Virus record (IMG/VR): IMGVR_UViG_3300024327_000003
Span: 1 to 64,000 of that record
Source of the DNA: a virus
Length of the DNA: 64,000 nucleotides
Direction: 5' to 3' (one strand)
The notes beneath the pieces were generated by a model. That model saw nothing but the letters and a program-made list of their open reading frames with translations, searched no databases and was not told the DNA's origin. This document shows, piece after piece, positions 58,138 to 64,000 of this stretch. How positions within the stretch are numbered: position 1 is the stretch's first letter; every line of letters begins with the position of its first letter. The translations under genes were made by a program, and so were the position numbers.

Positions 58138-59844
58138 TTAAGGGTTATTGATTGGAGCCAGTATAGCATTCCATTTTACACTGTCAACTGTGTATTTTTT
58201 ACCAGGAGCAACAATACAACTTTTTGTGAGTTTACCCATTGGACCGTGCGCAGGGAGATTAGTAAGATTAGGATCGCTACTAGACAAACGCCCTGACTGA
58301 GCACCACCCAATTTAAGACTACCATGTAGAAAATCCTTCTCTTGCATAAATGCTTTTATAAAAGTTCCATTAATTTTATTGGCTTCAGCTAGCTCTCGTA
58401 TAAATTCGAGCAAATCAATTACATTTTGATTAGTTGTATGATTAGCTAAATTCTCTAATATATCTCCGCTAGTAGAAGGAGCTCCTGTCTTTGTTTTCTC
58501 TAATACAGGTAGTCCTAACGTATCAAAAAATAATTGCCCTATCTGTAGAGGGCTTCGTGGATTAAATTCGATATCTTGAAAAGCATCAATTGTTTTAACA
58601 GGAGTACGTACCTTTACTCCCTGTAATATTCTTTCAGCACGATCTGCTTTATTTTTATCACAAGCTTTCTTTCGCAATAATATATTAAAATGCATTACGC
58701 AGCTATTATCTTGAATTTGCTCATTAAGAATTTTTTGCTTAGCTGCCAGAATTTGATTTACCTCTTTGACTCTATCTGAATCCATAGGCAAACCAACTAG
58801 CATCATTTTAAGAATAGGGTAGATACTAGGCTGGAATATTTCTACGTAAGGTCTGGAAGTAATTTCATCTTGGTACTTCTCCCATAGGTAGAAAGTACCT
58901 AAAGTATCAATCAAGTTGTATTGCAAGATTTCTTGCTTGGTATACTTGGTTATATCTTCGATCTCGATAGCATAATTACCGACATAATCGAGAGCTAGTT
59001 CTTTAAGTCCCAGTCCAACATGCGTAGTTGCATTCTTAGCTATAAAAGCTAATAGCATCGTGTCATCAATATCCTTAAAATATTTTAAACCTTCAAGCAT
59101 ACCTGCATAGTCAGTGCCATGTTCCATCCATAAATGTCGAATGAGCATCTTTCCGTCATATAGTCCTCCATGGAATATTAGCTTACCTGTGTAAGCTTGA
59201 AGGAATTTACGTAGGTAATACATACCTGTAATAGATAAATCAATTGCAATTCCATCATGTTTACTCCATGCGAAGGATACCGATACGATCTGATCATAAA
59301 GAGTTAGCCCGGTAGTTTCAATATCTGCTGCCAGTACAGGATACTTGTGTAGTGAATCTAATAATTCTCTATCGGATCCATATTCGAATCCGTATTGAGC
59401 TGTCTTAATTAAAACAGAGGTTCCTGTACCAGCTATAGCTTTAAGTCCTAGATCAATTAATTGCGAGTTTTCAGGTTGCTTAAAAAGTGTCTTATAATTC
59501 GGAACATATACGCAATTAAATGCTGAATATCCATCATGTTTACCTTTTATTGTAGTGCCATAATACGTAGATACTTTTCCTGCACCAGTAATAAATTTGT
59601 AATAGCTACTATCTGCAATAATTAAATTAATAACAGTATCAGGAATCCTGCTAAGTAATTTATCTAGATAAGCTTTAGCAGTTTTAGCGTAAACTTTAAC
59701 TGCATTATTATAATATAAAGGCTTTATTAATATAGCATCAGTAGGGATTCCTTCTTTAGCTAAAGGCTGCAAGTAGTGGGTATCAATTGCTGCAGTACCC
59801 ATTGCAGATTCTTTAATTAAAATTACTGTAGTTATATCAGGCAT
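58138..59844 (-). CDS. DNA polymerase A, fragment 1 (N-terminal domain, 3'-5' exonuclease, thumb)
   Basis: ADIETTG, YD, YNLID, FNPRS, GAQSGRLSSSDPNLTNLP. Confidence 0.92.
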   Translation of the reverse strand: MPDITTVILIKESAMGTAAIDTHYLQPLAKEGIPTDAILIKPLYYNNAVKVYAKTAKAYLDKLLSRIPDTVINLIIADSSYYKFITGAGKVSTYYGTTIKGKHDGYSAFNCVYVPNYKTLFKQPENSQLIDLGLKAIAGTGTSVLIKTAQYGFEYGSDRELLDSLHKYPVLAADIETTGLTLYDQIVSVSFAWSKHDGIAIDLSITGMYYLRKFLQAYTGKLIFHGGLYDGKMLIRHLWMEHGTDYAGMLEGLKYFKDIDDTMLLAFIAKNATTHVGLGLKELALDYVGNYAIEIEDITKYTKQEILQYNLIDTLGTFYLWEKYQDEITSRPYVEIFQPSIYPILKMMLVGLPMDSDRVKEVNQILAAKQKILNEQIQDNSCVMHFNILLRKKACDKNKADRAERILQGVKVRTPVKTIDAFQDIEFNPRSPLQIGQLFFDTLGLPVLEKTKTGAPSTSGDILENLANHTTNQNVIDLLEFIRELAEANKINGTFIKAFMQEKDFLHGSLKLGGAQSGRLSSSDPNLTNLPAHGPMGKLTKSCIVAPGKKYTVDSVKWNAILAPINNP

Positions 59845-59861
59845 ATTACTTCCTTTAAAAA

Positions 59862-60026
59862 TTAATACGGTTCTATTTGCATAGTTCCTGTGTGCTCTAT
59901 ACTTTGTATAGGATCATCATCATTTAAAGCATGAAAATGATCACCTAATTTATTTATAGCATCGTCTATATCTTTTGCTTCAAATACAATATCTGCAGTA
60001 AAGTGAAATTTTTTATCAGTCGACAT
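59862..60026 (-). CDS. small hypothetical protein (54 aa, not in ORF track)
   Basis: MSTDKKFHFTADIVFEAKDIDDA...EPY*, AGGAG RBS. Confidence 0.5.
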   Translation of the reverse strand: MSTDKKFHFTADIVFEAKDIDDAINKLGDHFHALNDDDPIQSIEHTGTMQIEPY

Positions 60027-61110
60027 AAATAGTTTCTCCTATATTGCATGGTTCGTGCTCTGAATTGCATATCCATAAAATAGGATAATCTACTTCATCC
60101 AATTTCTCTTCGCCGTATAAATCAGTGAAATATACAAGAGCCTGGGTAGGATTTTCGGCTACGTAGTCTAGTACTGGCATAAAACTAGTGCCTCCACCTC
60201 CATGAAAGCTCAAGGACATTATATCAGTATTCTGATTAACATCGTGTACTTTATGAATCTTGGCGTCACAATCTATAATAGTCATTCGTTCAGGATTAAA
60301 TACATCTCTGATGCCTTTAATTTCGCTTAGCATAGCGCTCAATTCTTCATCACTTACACTGCCACTCGTATCAATTGCGAAGGTTAAATGCCCTAATCCG
60401 TAGCTGTGCAGGCTAGGCAGATAAGTAGACCTAAATCTACGATTTCTCCGTGCCCAGGAGTATTCTTCTCGAGTTCTTTGATCTAAGAATCTATTTAATA
60501 TAACTGGCCAAGGCAATTTAGGATTTAGGAGCTTATCGATAACTCTGGCAATCTCATCTGGGATCTCTCCAGCTGATTTCTCACCAGATATCTGTGCTTG
60601 AGTCTGAGCTCGAACAATAATATCAGTGATGGTAGATCGAGCATCAGGAGCCTCTGCTCCTTCACCATAAATAAGATCCAGCATCATATTATTGCAAGGC
60701 TTACCTTCTTTAATTAGATCATCATATACACCATCAGTAGACCAACCATTTCCGTATTTAGAGCTGAGTAACCCATTAACAGGTATTTCAAATCCTGCTT
60801 TAATAAGCATATGATTAATTATATAGTCTCCTGCATGATTCCATACATCCGGGCATCTATCTCCTCTACGACCGGCATGTTGAAATGCCAGATGCCAGCA
60901 TTCATGAGCTATTAATCCAGCAAATTGTGAGACTGTTTGTTTTTCTATAAAATCAGGATTATAGCGGATAGTAGTTTTGCAGACATCAGCGGTTTTAGTG
61001 GCAGGAGTAATTATGTGACGAACACTTAATGCAATAGTAGAAATAAAGACCGATCGAGTCATCAGCTCTATCTTGGCCTTGAGTAATTTACTCTCCAGTT
61101 CTTTAGACAT
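60016..61110 (-). CDS. metallopeptidase/vWA domain protein (DUF2201-like, N4 gp25-like)
   Basis: AHECWH, WNHAGDY.IN, DTSGS MIDAS, GGGGTSF, FTD. Confidence 0.88.
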   Translation of the reverse strand: MSKELESKLLKAKIELMTRSVFISTIALSVRHIITPATKTADVCKTTIRYNPDFIEKQTVSQFAGLIAHECWHLAFQHAGRRGDRCPDVWNHAGDYIINHMLIKAGFEIPVNGLLSSKYGNGWSTDGVYDDLIKEGKPCNNMMLDLIYGEGAEAPDARSTITDIIVRAQTQAQISGEKSAGEIPDEIARVIDKLLNPKLPWPVILNRFLDQRTREEYSWARRNRRFRSTYLPSLHSYGLGHLTFAIDTSGSVSDEELSAMLSEIKGIRDVFNPERMTIIDCDAKIHKVHDVNQNTDIMSLSFHGGGGTSFMPVLDYVAENPTQALVYFTDLYGEEKLDEVDYPILWICNSEHEPCNIGETIYVD

Positions 61111-61113
61111 AAA

Positions 61114-61524
61114 TTATCCTACTTCAGTCATATAATAAATAATACGATGATTCTCATCTATCGTATCAGGAAATGCTTCTAAAATATTTCTAGCGTGTTT
61201 CTGACATGGCTGTAATTTAGTAGAATCTTGCTGTAATAATAAATCAGCAATTATCATTTTTAATTCAATAACAAACATATAGCTATATGTTTTTTTATAA
61301 GGTTTACGATGCGTATTTACAAAACGTTCATCACGTTCTACTTGCACTTTTTTACTAGCACCGGATGGTATGCCTTGTCGAAGTGGGCCTGTAAATTGAT
61401 TTTCTTTATGCCAACAAAATAACATCCAGTATAAAGTAGAATCGTGAGGAAAACACATTTCTCCTATTAACGTCCAAACATTATTTACTTTTTCTTCTGC
61501 ATACATAAAAATATTAAGACTCAT
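61114..61524 (-). CDS. hypothetical protein
   Basis: 136-aa ORF. Confidence 0.6.
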   Translation of the reverse strand: MSLNIFMYAEEKVNNVWTLIGEMCFPHDSTLYWMLFCWHKENQFTGPLRQGIPSGASKKVQVERDERFVNTHRKPYKKTYSYMFVIELKMIIADLLLQQDSTKLQPCQKHARNILEAFPDTIDENHRIIYYMTEVG

Positions 61525-61532
61525 AACATTTC

Positions 61533-62423
61533 CTATATATCAGATGGGTCTCGAAATCCTATGAATACGGGATGTCGAGGTAATTCTTTTACCCCAATAT
61601 GAAAATATTTATATTTAATTAATCTGCCCATTTCTTGCTTACGACCATCCCATATATCTTGACGTAATAAATCTGAGAATCCTGTACCAACGTTAAATAC
61701 AAAACCGGTTTCTGTATCTCGACAAATTAAAGCTCCTAATGTTCCTGTAGGAACTTTGTTTTCTTGATGGGATGAACGTTGAGTTCTGCCTAATTCATTT
61801 GTTTTAGCTTCATTGGCATTGTGCATACGCTCTTCAAATCCAACGATAGTAGCTTCAGAATCAGTAAATCGTTTTACTTTAATAAGATGTCCTTGCTTAG
61901 CTGTGGATCTACCGTATTTATATTCAGCACCTGGATCTCGGAGAATAATTCCTTCATATCCTTGCAGTAAACAAGATTCTTCATACGCTTGCATCTCATT
62001 CATATTAGTAATAATTTGAGATTGAAGAATTTGAATATTTTCAGGTAAGGGAAATTCTTTTAATAAATTAAATCTATCTATATACGCATTTGCATTTAGA
62101 CAATGATCAAATACATAGAATGTGAAATTAGGTATTCCGGATGATCGCATAACAGCACTAACTGTTTGGTTATACACATCATGAGCAGTAGGACTGCCCA
62201 CAATTAATTCTCCATCTAATCCATTAAATTCTTCTTTAGCTAATAGAATCTTAATGTGCTGATTTTGAATTAATTTAAGAGACCTAGATAGAGCTATTCC
62301 ATTTTGAATTAAACAACGGATGCCGTCTAGTTTAGGAGAGGCAATCATGTGACCGAATTTATCTATTAAATCTTTAATCTGTATATCTGTAGCTTTAGCA
62401 GCTAGCATAGGTTTAACTGGCAT
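61533..62423 (-). CDS. ATP-dependent DNA ligase
   Basis: KPMLA, KLDGIR, DGEL, VFD, EGIILR, KVK, VGTGFS, PRHPVF. Confidence 0.93.
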   Translation of the reverse strand: MPVKPMLAAKATDIQIKDLIDKFGHMIASPKLDGIRCLIQNGIALSRSLKLIQNQHIKILLAKEEFNGLDGELIVGSPTAHDVYNQTVSAVMRSSGIPNFTFYVFDHCLNANAYIDRFNLLKEFPLPENIQILQSQIITNMNEMQAYEESCLLQGYEGIILRDPGAEYKYGRSTAKQGHLIKVKRFTDSEATIVGFEERMHNANEAKTNELGRTQRSSHQENKVPTGTLGALICRDTETGFVFNVGTGFSDLLRQDIWDGRKQEMGRLIKYKYFHIGVKELPRHPVFIGFRDPSDI

Positions 62424-62610
62424 AATTACCCTCTAAAAAATGTTTAACTTTAGCTTGTAAAGCTTTTTCGTATGTTGAGTAAACTCCAATATTTTTCCAG
62501 CAATTTTTTTCAACTTCATAATCTAGAAAAAATTGATCTCGTTGATACTGGTTATAGTGCTCAATACGATATCTCATCAGAACATAATGCTTGCATTTCT
62601 TGAAATCCAA
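62413..62610 (-). CDS. hypothetical protein
   Basis: 65-aa ORF (start perhaps 62577). Confidence 0.5.
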   Translation of the reverse strand: MDFKKCKHYVLMRYRIEHYNQYQRDQFFLDYEVEKNCWKNIGVYSTYEKALQAKVKHFLEGNYAS

Positions 62611-63623
62611 TTAACAATAGAAGGATGTTTCTGTAATTCAGGAGTTCTCTTATAAATATCTTTAAAAGTAATTACCTGGAAATCGATAGGCAATCGTTCA
62701 ATAGCTATGATAATTTTATCTATACTTTCTACAGTAGTATTGTGAGATAGCATCGTAGTCACAGCATATTGCTCACTAGGTTCTGTAGGAACTTTCCATC
62801 CTGATCTAGGATCTTTAAGTATTTCTTCGATCGTAGGTAAGCTTTTATAAATATCAGAATAGACTGCTAGTTCAGATGCAGCTCCTGCTCCAACTGTGCC
62901 GGCTAATCTGATTTTAGTAATTTCCCCTAATGTGGTTTTATTAGTAATAATTTTAGAAGCAAATTCCCATGTACGAGGACATGGAAAAGTAAGCTCCTGG
63001 GTATTTGGATCAAATTTATGCAGAATATCTGGTTTAAATTTAATGAAAGAGATAATACGATGATCAAGGTTATTGGCATTTGCCCAATCGATCCATGCTC
63101 TATGATCAATTTGCAATCTATAATTAATTAATCGTGAGGTAGTAGCGGTGCTTTGAGTATTTACGATAGCTCTATCTGTGATTAAATTACCGGCTGCAGC
63201 AATTAGACATTTTGGATGTAATTTATGTTTATATACTTCTCTATCCAAAATTAATTTATATGATGCAGCTTCGGTTTGTTTATTTCCTGAATTAAGTTCA
63301 TCAAGAAATATTAACCATCCTTCGTATCGCTCTGTAGGATCTTCTGGATTGTTTGTCAGTGGTAATTCATCTCCCACAATAGGAAAGTATTCGGGGATAT
63401 GAAAGGTCATCCTTCCGTCTATGACTCCAGGATAACCTTGCATATCCACTGGCTCACATTGAGATACACGAATATCAATAAGTAAGAGTTTAAACTGTTT
63501 AGCTACATCTCGGATAATATCTGATTTACCCATACCCGGACTGGATGCTACCATCGGGGTAAGGCCTGCTTTGAGATCTTCAATTAAGCATTCACGTAAT
63601 TGCACGGTATTTACTTCATACAT
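62577..63623 (-). CDS. MoxR-like AAA+ ATPase (N4 gp24-like)
   Basis: SPGMGKS, FLDE, AAGN, PCPRTW; partner vWA gene nearby. Confidence 0.88.
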   Translation of the reverse strand: MYEVNTVQLRECLIEDLKAGLTPMVASSPGMGKSDIIRDVAKQFKLLLIDIRVSQCEPVDMQGYPGVIDGRMTFHIPEYFPIVGDELPLTNNPEDPTERYEGWLIFLDELNSGNKQTEAASYKLILDREVYKHKLHPKCLIAAAGNLITDRAIVNTQSTATTSRLINYRLQIDHRAWIDWANANNLDHRIISFIKFKPDILHKFDPNTQELTFPCPRTWEFASKIITNKTTLGEITKIRLAGTVGAGAASELAVYSDIYKSLPTIEEILKDPRSGWKVPTEPSEQYAVTTMLSHNTTVESIDKIIIAIERLPIDFQVITFKDIYKRTPELQKHPSIVNWISRNASIMF

Positions 63624-63624
63624 T

Positions 63625-63999
63625 TTAGTTTCCTTCGAGTAGATTGGTTGTTAATCGGTTTTTAAGAAAATCTGGTTCCGGAGGACTTATTATTTTAGTT
63701 TTAGTTTTCTTTTTAGAACTTTTAACAGGTTCAGGTGGAAAATATTTATGTAAAGACTCTGGCCAAACCTTTTTTAATTGAAGTGATCCAGAATAAGTAT
63801 CAGTAGTTGTGTCCAGAAAATTTTTCATTTTGCCCTTTTCTGTATTTAGGGCGATAATTTCTTCACATAATTCAGCTGCGGAATCTTGCAATCTTCGATC
63901 TAAATTGGATTTTGCATGCTTAAGATTTCCAAGAAAAATTGGATCAGGATTAATTACATTTTTAGTTTGTTTATATTCCCAAATTTCTTGTAAAGCGTA
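63625..63999 (-). CDS. 5'-truncated ORF, possibly Nmad5-like
   Basis: frame open to window edge; QLKKVWPE motif. Confidence 0.45.
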   Translation of the reverse strand, partial: YALQEIWEYKQTKNVINPDPIFLGNLKHAKSNLDRRLQDSAAELCEEIIALNTEKGKMKNFLDTTTDTYSGSLQLKKVWPESLHKYFPPEPVKSSKKKTKTKIISPPEPDFLKNRLTTNLLEGN

Positions 64000-64000
64000 T

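Noticed and set aside
57270-58200. Group I intron or intein in the DNA polymerase
   Set aside because: No non-coding space for a ribozyme core, no in-frame U/G splice junction found, no intein terminal residues
1-64000. Stop-codon reassignment, or loss of RNAP II subunits
   Set aside because: Genes are intact and dense under code 11; RNAP II genes are expected in the part of the genome outside this window, so absence cannot be claimed

Overview
This window is most of an N4-like (Schitoviridae-type) podophage genome, opened inside the early region. It has three blocks. (1) Small leftward early genes at 1-4145, most with an AGGAGAT-type RBS and separated by hairpins. (2) A non-coding strand switch and probable genome end at about 4150-4740, followed by a rightward late block (4742-45794). 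This block holds terminase, adaptor, tail fibre/RCC1, lysis, portal, major capsid, ejected proteins and a 4208-aa virion RNA polymerase. (3) A leftward replication block (45791-64000) with RuvC-like resolvase, SSB, dCMP deaminase, primase, ThyX, tRNA-Thr, exonuclease, helicase, a PolA split into three ORFs, vWA/AAA pair and ATP-dependent ligase. The most striking item is a minimal type II fatty-acid/polyketide-like set inside the morphogenesis module. An ACP with a DSL serine, a Cys-His-His ketosynthase and a possible GNAT-like acyltransferase sit directly before the portal gene, and a FabZ dehydratase lies between the terminase genes. This suggests a phage-encoded acylation system, which is an inference. 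Other highlights: the three-piece DNA polymerase without intron or intein signatures, three candidate vRNAP hairpin promoters with non-canonical 4-nt loops, several structured ncRNA candidates, a sulfotransferase-glycosyltransferase fusion in the tail-fibre cassette, and iteron-like repeats near two RepL-like genes. All calls come from reading motifs by eye; no database search or folding program was run.
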